Assembly: GCF_036321535.1 (NCBI RefSeq)
Contig: NC_087437.1
Location: 36,024,001-36,088,000, forward strand
DNA length: 64,000 nt
Direction of reading: 5' to 3'
Source: Camelus dromedarius
Lineage: Eukaryota
The notes below the pieces were generated by a model that was not told the DNA's origin, made no database searches, and saw only the letters and a program-made list of their open reading frames with translations. The translations under genes were made by a program, and so were the position numbers. Position 1 is the first letter of the stretch, and the number at the start of each line of letters is the position of its first letter. This document shows positions 52,715 through 64,000 of this stretch, piece by piece.

Positions 52715-53349
52715 AATGGTTACAACAAATAGATATTCTATAATATTACTAACAACTACCCAACTAATGGACGTGATTTTTAAATTTTAATTATTACAAT
52801 TAAAATAATTATAATACATACAATTAAATACACTGTATAATACTGAATTAAATACATTGTATAATACTTTTCATGAAGATCTCAGTATTTATAATGGTAC
52901 ATTTCTAAGGTTCTCATGCATATTGTTAAATTCATTTTCAGAAACAATGAACTGATTTATATTCCTGCCAGCAGGACTTAAGGGTATCCAAGAAAGCTAA
53001 AACAATAAATGCAGGAATAAGATAGCAAAGTGTTCTATGCTCCTTCTCTCCCAAACCCATGCCTGAAGATTTCAGAAAAGCAAGTGGGAAGTAATTGGAT
53101 CTAAGAAAACTTCACAAAAAACGATGCCAAATTTATATAATATCAGGTAGTTTAATAAAAGTAAATATTTAAAGACTATATGATTAAATGATGTTTTTAT
53201 TAGTGTAAATGCTAAGCTGTTATAATTAAGAAGTGCAATATCATGGTTAAAATAAGATGAAAGTTTATTTCTCTCTTACATAAGATTACAAAATCAGGTG
53301 GGCAACTTTGGCACTTAGTCACTCTTTTCCACGTGCTTATCCAGAGACC

Positions 53350-55345
53350 CAGCTGGTCAGCTTATGTGCTGGACTGCCTGCTCTCAAAGCTCCTTCAGTG
53401 TATAGTTCTACACTAGTGTCTGTCAATGAGACACTCCTGTGAGACTCAAAGTAGAAGAGAGACAGACAGGTCCTTATTCTCCTGAGGCTATTGCAGAAAG
53501 GGGTGTGTGTGTGTGTTTGTGTGTGTGATGTCCTGAGAAGCCTCCGTCGTGCCTCTAGAAAATCTACACTCTGATTTGTGCTGCACCTCAGGTACCAAAC
53601 ATTGTGGTAATCTGTGGGAATTTCCAGAAGTTCTTAAGATTTGCTGTACCTGCAGCAAGAGTTCTTGAAAACCAACTGTAACTTTCTGATTTTCAGTAAC
53701 CCAATGGTTGTAAGCTTGTAATTCTCCTAAAATTCATCATATTTGTTTTCCTAACCACACTCAAACCAACACAGCATTTTATACCAGAAGTGGCTCCAGG
53801 AAATAGAAACTCAATTAGTAGAGTCTATAACTGGTTCTCGATTCTGATTAACTTCAAAGGCAAAGATAAATTCACTTCTAGTGAGATCCGGGTATTCCAT
53901 GGCATCCACTAGAAAACTCCTTTTTGGAATTAGCACACGAAAATGCCTGCAATGAAGTACCTATAGAAGGCTAAGCTATGGGAGACCTATTAGTTCTTGA
54001 ATTAGAACATAGGGAAAATAAATAATATAAGAATACGGGAACTGTGAGTTTAGGATTGGTACCAGTTAAACCCCTGAAGAATTTGAGAGAAGAAAAAATA
54101 AGCTTCAGGTTTAAAATTTCCAGCTTAAATCTGGGAAAACTCTCCAGTAGAAAACTGGAGAGTTTTTCTAATTATCCTGAGAGAATACCTAATTTCTTAA
54201 CGCGAGATGGCAAAAATTTCTGATAACTAAAAAAGCTTGATCCTCCAGTATGCTAAATTTTAATATGTAACTTTAACTCACAGCCTCAGCGTGTCTTTTA
54301 AGTTACAGTTACAGTGTTGATTAGGAGAGACTCAGGTCCTAGAATTACAATGTGGACATCTGGGTAGATGCTAATGCATGTGAAGACCTTTATCCCCTCT
54401 AAGCTTCTCTTGCTGGCAGAAGTAACAGAATCCTCTCCACTCAAGGGGTTAGCTAAGTCTTGCCAACATCCCTATCATGATTTCACCTAAGATAGTGGCT
54501 TTTTAGGTGGATGCCAGTTTTCAGTCCCTGTACCCATTACTTTTCCCTGCATTTGGACTCAGTTAGATGTAAATCCCAGCAGACCACATCCGAGCAGGAT
54601 GGGATGAAAAAATGTATTGTTGAATCTGGCTTAATTTAATCTTTTGATATGGATACAATGACCAAGAAAGATTCAGAGCATTAAATCCTGTGCATTAACA
54701 ATACTGAATCCATTATCTTGAGCACAGAAAAGTGACTAACGCTTTACTCACTTGCTTGAATGAAATCTGGGCTCCAAAGTGGCCTACGTTACACAAAGTT
54801 GAGCCTTCAGAATACCCCTGTAATACTCAAAAAAAAAAAAAAAAAAAAGAAATTCAAAGATTTAAGGAGATAAAAGTGTAGATATAAGTTTATTATATAT
54901 GAACTTTTTCTCATCCCTTAACTATGTCCCCTCAGATTATTCAGGCACATTTTTTCCACCAATACCTTGAAGCAGTGCATTTTTCTCGGAAGCATCAATA
55001 TTGTTGAAAAATCTCTACATTTATTGGCTCTTGTCTGCAAGCCAGATTACAGGTGCAGATAATATCGATGCACCGAGTTCTCAGACTTCAGTGGGATGAT
55101 GGGATGCCAGGGATTTAGATATCACTTAACCATCAGAAAGTAGATGAGCATGGTTATTGTAATGGACAGCAGGGCTGGTAGTAATTAGAACATTTTGACA
55201 CACAGAGATTGTCGGTAGTGGCTGATTGACTATGCAGACCCTAGACTTGAGATAGATGATTCTTTTACTAAAGTCAACAGAGAAAACTTTATGACTTACC
55301 CACTTCCCAGACTTGAGCCAGTTCCCAGACCTAGACTGTGAACTT
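53350..55345 (+). mobile_element. Ancient ERVL LTR plus degraded internal sequence, nested in an older MLT1-like LTR (about 53200-55670)
   Basis: An LTR-like segment ending near 53775, then gaagtggctccagg and ERVL-internal motifs such as ttcccagacttgagccagttc. No ORF. Confidence 0.6.
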
Positions 55346-55789
55346 TGAATCAAATAGTTTGTTCTATCATGAACACAGGACTTCTACCTATGCAAAGGCA
55401 CCTGATCTAATTAACACCTTTTCAAACAACAGGGTTGGCTGAGAAAAAAATCTAGGGCAAACAGCCTGTCTGTAGGATGTTTCACATATCACATATTCTC
55501 ATATCCCAGTGGCCTGAAAGTCCTATCATGTAATTTGTTACTACTAAGAAATTTGAGAATGTAATACATAGCTGAGAAGCTATGTGTCTGTTATAACTCC
55601 AAGAATTCTGTTAATAAAAAAAGAAGAGGAAAAAAAATAGTAATGAATGACAAATAGTAGTATCAGCTATATCCTTCAAATGGCTTTCCCTCCCTCATTT
55701 TACTTTTTAATTTTTTTAAGTTAAATTAATATAGTTTAACAACTTTCTATTAGCAATACTGGTCTCTGCCTGCTTGATATAAAAAGTAA

Positions 55790-58325
55790 ATTTAGAATAT
55801 TGAATTTTGAATAATACAGATTTTTTACAGGTAGATATAGGTTATTTCCCAAAATTAGTCTAGTCTTTGCCATAAAGCAAGTCTCAATAGAGTTGAACTT
55901 CTAGAATCTAGGCTCTCTGATCATAATTAGAGATACTATAAATCAATAAGAGATAATCAGACAAAAACCATGTTTTCAAAGTAAATAACTTCACATTTTA
56001 AATCACTCATGGTTCTAAATAAATAATAATGAAAACTAGAAAATACTTACACTACTTATAATAATGATTCAAAAACATACACGGGTTGAAGCTGACGCAG
56101 CACTTCATATAAATGTTTATGTCAGAAAAGTGAAAATTATAAAAACAAAGAACTAAGTGTCCATGGTTAAAAACTTAGGAAAAACTAGCAAAATAAAAAA
56201 TATCAGTATAAACTTGGGTGTTCGATAGTAAAGCATTTCCTTCAGCGTGCTGTTATTTCTCTCAACTTCTAAAAATAAAACAAACCCTATCATTCAATTT
56301 GCTTTTCTAACATATATTTCAAAATTCACATGCCCAAATCTGAGCTCTAGCCTACTGACCTTGTCATCTACATTTCAGTAAAGATTAACCTTCTTCTTCC
56401 AGCCACTCAAATATTTGGCAGCCAACTTGGCAGCCAGCTTGATTTCCTCCATACATCTCCTCTCTCACTGATCCATAGATAGTATTTTTGCTTCTAATTT
56501 CAAAATAAGTCTAGAATCTGATCACTTCTCAATACTTCCACAGTATTAAAATGCAACAAATTACTGATAAGACTAATACCATGAATGATTCAAACAAGTA
56601 TTACCCTGACTGTGAGAACATGAAGGCAAAACTATACACTATATGAGTCACATTTATATGATGTTCTAGAACTAGTCTATGGTTAAAAAAAAATTGGACA
56701 GTAGTTCTCTCTGGTTGAAATAATGACTGAGAAGGGATATGACAAATTTCTAATGATGAAAATTTTCGATTGATAAGGGCATGGTTTAGCCAGGTATATG
56801 CATTATGAAAAACTTACTGAATTTCCTATTAAAATGTGTTCCTTTCACTGTGTACAAATCTAACCTAAGAGAATGGAAATGAGTATTTAACTCTAATTGC
56901 TAGGTTTGCTTTCCACATTGGTATGGGTAAAAAAATCTAAAATGACTATTTTTGTACTAGGCTTGAACAATAAGTAAATATAGCAAGGATAATAAAAGTT
57001 CTTATTGTGGTAAAGGAGTTTAAGATACAGAAAATAGAAAGGCTAGAATGAAATCTGTTACTGCATTGCAATTATAGGTATCAGTGTAGACTCATGATAT
57101 ATATACATGCTATACATGTGTGTGTTTGTAGACATTTATATACCTCCTCGCTCTGTTTACACAAAAGGCCTAAAAGCAATGCTACACCAGTGACAATGAG
57201 CATACCCAGCATTCAGTTCTTGATTTCTAAATAAAATTCTCCACTAAAATAAACCAAGAAAAATAGCTGATTTCCGGGTTTTTGACTGGTAAAGGAGAAG
57301 ACAAACCTGGCACTTATTTTTGGACTAGAAAATAAGAAAGTGTTTAAAGAATTGTAAGTACATGTCAAAAGGTTAGCAGAGTTTTAGTCTGAAGAGGCTT
57401 CTCCTGGCCAAATTTGGGACAGTTTAGGCATCAAAATAAATTAACAAATAATAATAACCCATTGAATGAAATAAGAATTCATGAAATCATATTGATGTAA
57501 CAAATAAATAGCAAAAAAAATCCTCTTACAGTAGAATGGAAATTAATGAATGTGGTAGGTATGTTGACGTTAGAAAATCAATGGATGCTAAACTTTCCAG
57601 TGAAACTTTGACAAGAAAAAGAATATTGAAGTACTTTCCTTATTTTTTCCAGGAAATTACTTATTAATTACAAAGAGAAAAATAATAAATTTACAGAGAA
57701 ACTTGGCAGACACATCTTTATGTGGGTAGTGTTCAACATCACCAATATTAGAAAATCACGTGCATTCTGAAAGGATACACTGAGGAGGACACAATATTAT
57801 TCAAGTGATAATCCTACTCAAAATATATTACCTAAACACAGGAAGAAACATCCAAAGAACACACATTAAGGGGCACGCCCCTAAACATGTAATCTACATT
57901 CTTAAAAATTATCAAGACAAGAAATGCAAAAGCTGAGGAACATACTGAAAGGAAAGTGAAAAGACATGACAACTAAATGCAGTGTGTGATCCTGGAGTAG
58001 GTCCTGGCTAGGGAAACTAATGTTACAAAGTACATTATTGGGAAATCTGTGTGATCTTAGTACTACTGTGCCATTAACATTTTTTGTATGATTTTTATAA
58101 TTGTAATTCTTATTCTCAGGAAATACATACTCATTTAGTGTAAATGAGTGTCATATTTGCAATTACCAAATTGTTCATAAAGTAATGAATTATAGAGACT
58201 AATAAAACAAATATGGCAAAATATTAAAAAATTGGCAAATCTGGGCAAAAGGGTCTATGGGAATTCCTTGTACTATTCTTAAACAATTTATTTAAGTTTA
58301 AAGCTATATCAAAATTTATAAAAAA
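55790..58325 (+). mobile_element. Old L1MC-like remnant with an embedded L2 fragment (about 56230-56550)
   Basis: L1MC-type 3' UTR motifs including gacatgacaactaaatgcagtgtgtgatcctgg and ggaattccttgtactattctt. Confidence 0.75.
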
Positions 58326-61221
58326 TCCAGCCTGCATTAGCCTAACACATACAGAATTTATTACAAAAAGTGAGGTGTTGCCATAATAGTAACCTGATAT
58401 TTGTGTATAGCACTAGATTAGTGGATGGTGGGCGTATAAAAATAGATGTTGCAAATAGCAACATGAATAAATCTCAACATTTTGAGTAAAAATATATAAA
58501 AACATTAATACATACAGGTCAGTATTTTGTAAGATTTTAAATACAGAGAGACAAGGTATTTAAATATACACATGTATCAAGGAGCTATTGTGCAAGTGGA
58601 CTGTAAAAACCAAGTAAATGAACCCGAGTGAGTATCTATGTAGAAAATAGTATGGAAGTGGAGAAAGGGAAAGGGAGCAGCATTAAAAATAATGAAAACA
58701 CAAAACACGTAAGTGTCATTGCACACTTACCACTGTTTGTCATGAGTCTATGGGTATAATTAAATTCTCTTCACATTCTGGACAAACTTCCAGTAAAACT
58801 TGGAACTGTATTTAATGAAATTGGGATAAAAAAAAATAAGACCTTGACCATTTACTACTGTTCTCCAATACAGTTTTGTGGCCCACAGTCCACGCTAACA
58901 TCCTCAGCTCACGACTATAAAATGAAGATTCAGTAACTTCAAATATGGTAACTCTATGACACACTCACTGTGCCACAAATATTTCTATGTGAATGCCGTC
59001 TAATGGAACATATTACCCAGTTTAGCTGACAAAGAAACTGACATCTAAAAGTTCATTGACATTTTGAATGAATAATACGAAATATTTGCTGGATACGAAT
59101 ACTAAGGAACAATGGTGTACATGAAAGAGTATTTAATCTTGATTCATTTCCCTTCTTTCTTCAGCTTCACTTATTTAATATGGTGAAGCAGATGTGCCAC
59201 CTTAATCTTGGCAATCTTGCAGGCATATTCCAGAGCACTTTTTTTTATTAGTTTTAAAATGTTTTTATTTAATCATTAATACAGTTTGGTAGTTATTTGC
59301 AACGCCACAGAGTAGAATTGAATACATCATGGTGACCACAGTAAAACGACAATGGAAACATGCTATATTCTTCAGGGAATGCAATGTGGTTTTACTTTAC
59401 TTTGGTGCCAAGTAACAAAGAACAAACAAATCAGTCATCAGTAACATTTTTTTCTCCCTTGACTGAGTTTTTGTCAGTGTCACAAAAATTGCAGAACATT
59501 AGAGACTTGGACGACGCAATGCTGTAAGCATTCCATTCCTCTTTTGTGATTTATTTCCACCTCATTTTGTTGTATTTAAATGGACTTTGTTTCAGCTTCC
59601 AGCTGCTGGGTGTCTTATAGGAATGAAATTCTGATGTTTTCAAAAGACTTAAACAACTTCAGTGATTATTTAGGCTTGGCAGTTTGTGGGATAATAAGTT
59701 GCAGTTTTTCACAGCCAGCATTTCAAATGATTGCACTTCATTTAGGAGTGAAGAGGTGAGAAACTCAGAATGTTCTGTTTCAGTTGGAGAAGAGAAATAG
59801 ATAGCAGAGAGAGTCCCTGTGGACTCTGTCATCAGGCACAAAGCAGAGGATGAAAATTGGGACGGCTGCAAATCTAAGAAGCAGTAGCATTTCCAAGAGG
59901 AGAGAAAAAAAATAGAAATAAAAGATTGGGAGAATGGATACCATTTTAAGGTACCCAGGAGAAATCATCCTGGAGTTTTGAGTGACAATCCTTTCATGAA
60001 CAGTAGGAGGTTGAGTAATACACTTTCATTTGCCATTGTAACCATAATTACTAGCCTACCTGCATTTTGCATTCCAATGAGGGAAAAGAAGTTAATTATT
60101 TGGGGTAGTTTTATTCCAAATGTTCAAAGGAAATCAAAGGATTCTATACCAGAGGTTCTTTCTATAATAGGCGAGAATAAATGTATACAATTTTGAGTGC
60201 AGAAACTAAAGTTTGCTAATTTGATTAGTTTTTAGCAAGAAACTGAAAGAATCCTTCCTTAGGAAATAGCAATTCGTCAATAGTAACTCGTAGTATTTTT
60301 TGCCTATCTTATCTTTTGCTCTAGATGTCAGCTAAAGATAAAACAAAGGTTTATCACTTACTTGGGAATTAATAAAAGCACTGTCTCAGAGATGATCTTA
60401 ATCACTGTAGTCCCAACTCCCTCTAAAAGGAGAAAGGTACACACACAAACACATAATGAATTAGAGAAACATCAGCCAATGCACTATATTTTATGTCTTA
60501 AATTATCTTAAGTAGTTTTTGTTTTTCTGTTCAAAACTTACATATAGTCCTACCAAATCTTTTATGTCTGTAACTCCTATCAAATAGAAATAGATGATTT
60601 TAGCATTAATTTAATGTTTTATCACATATGGTCACTCAAGGGGAACATTAATGGGATGCATCATTAAAATTAAATAATATACATATATTGTTTCTGTTGT
60701 AGTATTTATTTTTAAAAACTGTTCTTGTCTTAGATTGAATCATAATTTGTATGGGTAACCTCCACACAGCTCCTGTTTACCCAACTGAAATAATTGATAA
60801 TTCCATAATACATGTTCTGTGAGACAAAGATACATTTTAGATAATCCAAATTATTCTGGATTTTAGAAAACAGAATTTGGAGAATTCCTTCATGATCACC
60901 TTATTCTCTACCTGATTTCTATGGACAAAAGATCTCAGTGTACAGTTGTAACTGAAGAATCATTGGGGAAATATACAGAAATAGTCGTTAGACATATCTA
61001 AGTAATGAAAGTTAGAGTGAGAATACATTATGATTTAAACCGTAATATACATTTGATGCCAATTTGCTAGAATCTGGGGGATGTGAAAATCAGTAACTTT
61101 TATTTATTAAAACCATTAAGAAATCTATGATTATTCTGAAAATAGATGATAATAGCTTTGTATAAATATGGGTATAGTAATTGGTTTGTATTTTCATGCA
61201 TTCAACCACTCATTTAAAGAA

Positions 61222-61530
61222 AAAAAATCATACAGTATTTGTTTTTTTCTCTGTTTGACTTACCTCACTTAGCATAGTGCCCTCAAGTTCCACCCAGGTT
61301 GTCAGAAATGGTAGGATTTCCTTCTTTTGGGGGGCTGAATAGTATTTCATTGTGATATCTATCACAACTTCTTGATCTGTACACCCATTGACAGACACCA
61401 GGGTTTTTCCATATCTTGACTATTGTAAATCTGCAATGAATGTGAGGGTGCAGATACTTACTTGAACTCCTGTTTCATTTCCTTTGGTTACAAACCCAGT
61501 TGGGAATTGCTAGACCATATGGTTCAATTA
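61222..61530 (-). mobile_element. L1 3'-region fragment
   Basis: atcatacagtatttg...gacttacctcacttagcatagtgccctcaagttc...ggctgaatagtatttcattg. Confidence 0.85.
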
Positions 61531-61679
61531 AAAATAAATAAATAAAAATTTAAAAGCTTTATAGCCTAAAGAATGATTATTTTAAAAAGTAGAAATGTGA
61601 AAAAAAAAAAAGTAACTTTTTAAAATTGTGCTCAGAGGAAAGCTTCTGTTTGTGGTAAGAAATATGGATTTCCTCTAAA

Positions 61680-61852
61680 TACAAGAATATACATACACAT
61701 AGATATCACACATATGTATATATTTGTGTGTATGTACATAGGTATTGACTTAGGTACCTTTTACTCTGAGAATACACACATCAACACATAAACACATGTG
61801 TATGTATGTATAAATACATGTATGTATATACTATACATGTATATGCATATGT
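61680..61852. repeat. Low-complexity purine-pyrimidine (TA/CA/TG) tract
   Basis: Degenerate tatgta/cacata repeats. Confidence 0.7.
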
Positions 61853-62635
61853 TATTTTTAATTTAAATATTTGATTATGTGTTTTGGACACTTCTCAAAT
61901 CTGAAATAGTAGTGTATTCTTTGCAAATATGGTCTTTGAGTATTAGGGAACACAGTTAAACTAACAGTCAAATTGTTTCATGTGGTGTTCAAATAATCAG
62001 TCATAATTACTTCCAATTAACATTAATGAAATTAAGTTGATATGAGGAAATATTATCCAGCAATAAATGTTATTTAACTAATAGGAATGGCTAAGTACTT
62101 AATGTTTCATATTTTTATATAAATATTTTGCTAAACTAGGTCTAGCAAAAGATAAACTAAAGGATCTTTTTCTTTACCACTATCCTTGAGCAAAAAAAGA
62201 AATGGATTTTTAAAGTGTTGTCTTTTAGGAAAACATTTGTTTAATGTGCCTTTGTACAGAGATAGCTAGGCAAGGATTATCCTGTACCTATCGTATCTGC
62301 ATCATCTTGAGCTACCTCTTTAAGCAGTCCATTGCTCAGGAATCAGCAGTTTGCATGAGTCCACTGGTCACTTTTCTCAGTCCATGTTGTATCTCTTGCT
62401 TGCATTTCCCCAGAATTTATCTGCCATCTACATCTACATCCAACTACAGGTTCATCTATAAGACTTGCTCAGCAATTCTAAGTCACCCATAAACTTGGAA
62501 ATATAAGGTAGTTAGTAGCTCCTGGGGGAACCCTTGATCAAATGAAAATGGAAGTCTGTGGATGAATACTTTTCTGTGTTTGTTAAAAATCCAGAGGTGC
62601 ATTTGGTTCAGCTACTTGAAAATTTTCCTGGAGGT

Positions 62636-63038
62636 TCATATCAGTGAAGTTTCAACCAGAGAAACAGAACTAGTAGATTACATAGATACATAAATAGATA
62701 AAGCTATTTCTTACAAGGAATTGGCTTATGCAGTCAAGGGGACTGGCTAGGCAATTACAAAATCCTTAGGGCAGGCCATCAGGAGGGGCAGACTGGAACT
62801 CTTTTGGGAGCTGAACTGCTGCACATAAGTGGAATTTCTTCTTCAAGGAAGGCCTTTCAACTGATTGAATCAAGCCCACCCAGATTATCTGGAGTAATCT
62901 CTCTTACTTAAAGTCAACTGATTATGGACTTTTAATACATCTACAAAATACGTTTACTGTAAAACCTAGATAAATGTGTGTGATGAAATAACTTAGCATG
63001 GTAGCTTCGCCAAGCTGATACATCAAGAGCCCATCACA
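62636..63038 (-). mobile_element. MLT2-type ERVL LTR, inserted in an older LTR (about 62400-63410)
   Basis: ttcaaccagagaaacagaac...ggaattggcttatgca...ttcaactgattgaatcaagcccacccagattat...ccatcaca. Confidence 0.82.
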
Positions 63039-63410
63039 ATGTTTGAACATTGTTTGTCCAGAACAGAAACCAGCTCAGTAACATACCCTTAGTTTGACAT
63101 TCCTGTTTAACTCTTCCCTGACACTCTAGTCCTTATCCCCAGGAAAACATCCTCACATAAACCACCTGCAGGCCAACCCTTGTCATAGCTCCACCTTGGG
63201 AGACAGGGTGACAACTGGCCTAGTAAGGTAATTGATATCATGGTGACCTTAGAAAGCAGCCCCTCAAAGTGGGATTCTGGAAATAGACAACCCACAGGTC
63301 AGAGAGCAATAAGGACTCCCCTGATGTTGATAGTAGTGGTGGTGATAACCCCTGATGTGCAGAAGCGTTACCCTTATTAAGAATCTCACTGGCGGAAAAT
63401 TTTGATCAGG

Positions 63411-63872
63411 TGTGCCTTAATTTCCTGTGACTGTCATAACATATTACTGCAAACTAGGTGGCTTATAGCAGTAGAAATGTATTCTTTCACAGTTAAGAGG
63501 CCAAGAGTCTGAAATCAAGGAGTTGGCAAGGCTGTGCTTCCTTCGGGTGCTCTAAGAGAGAATCTGTTCTATGACTCCCTCCTGGCTTCTGGGGCTACCT
63601 GCATTCCTTGGTGTTTTAATTTCTTGTTACATTACTCTGATTTCCACTTTCTTCACCTGGCCCTCTCTTCTGGGTATCTGTCCTAAAACAACCTCTTCTG
63701 CATTCTTATATGGATACTTGTGATTGTATTGAGGGCTCACCCAGATAATCTATAATAAACTCCCCCTCTCAGGATTCTGAGTTATATCTTATGCCAAATA
63801 AGACAATATTCACAGGTACAGGCATTAGAAAATATACATCTATTTTTTAGGGCCAACTTTCAGCATGCTACA
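63411..63872 (-). mobile_element. MaLR LTR (MLT1C-like)
   Basis: tttcctgtgactgtcataac...aagagtctgaaatcaagg...gggctcacccagataatc...cagcatgctaca. Confidence 0.82.
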
Positions 63873-64000
63873 AGGTGGAGGAGTCGAATTCTGGCTTATA
63901 ATACAGGGATTATAATTGTAAATTTTGAGGACAATGGACATTATAAGGACTGAAGTCAATACTTTTGAATTGATTTTAAATGTCCTGAAAAAAAGAAAAT

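Noticed and set aside
59659..60196. Cluster of short ORFs and splice-like motifs in unique DNA
   Set aside because: No consistent acceptor-donor pair with an open frame and no recognisable peptide.

Overview
AT-rich, repeat-dense mammalian genomic DNA, very likely from a camelid, judged by a vic-1-type tRNA-Ala-derived SINE at 29104. Most of the window is decayed transposons: two large minus-strand L1 copies (1-3710 and a near full-length copy at 43551-50031), many older L1/L2/MIR fragments, six ERV1-type solo LTRs or LTR fragments, MaLR/ERVL LTRs and internal remnants, and Tigger/hAT DNA transposons. No long intact ORF exists; the listed ORFs are L1 remnants or chance. I see two candidate coding exons on + (6632-6673 and 14797-14858) that join in frame and look like the 3' end of a gene I cannot name. 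The most interesting observations are a tailless 5'-half tRNA-Gln retropseudogene with a 16-bp target-site duplication (TSD), a three-segment locally templated insertion inside a solo LTR, and a solo LTR with a phased CCAAT array upstream of a TATA box. I find no convincing novel multi-gene system. Repeat family names are from memory of consensus sequences, and most repeat boundaries are approximate.
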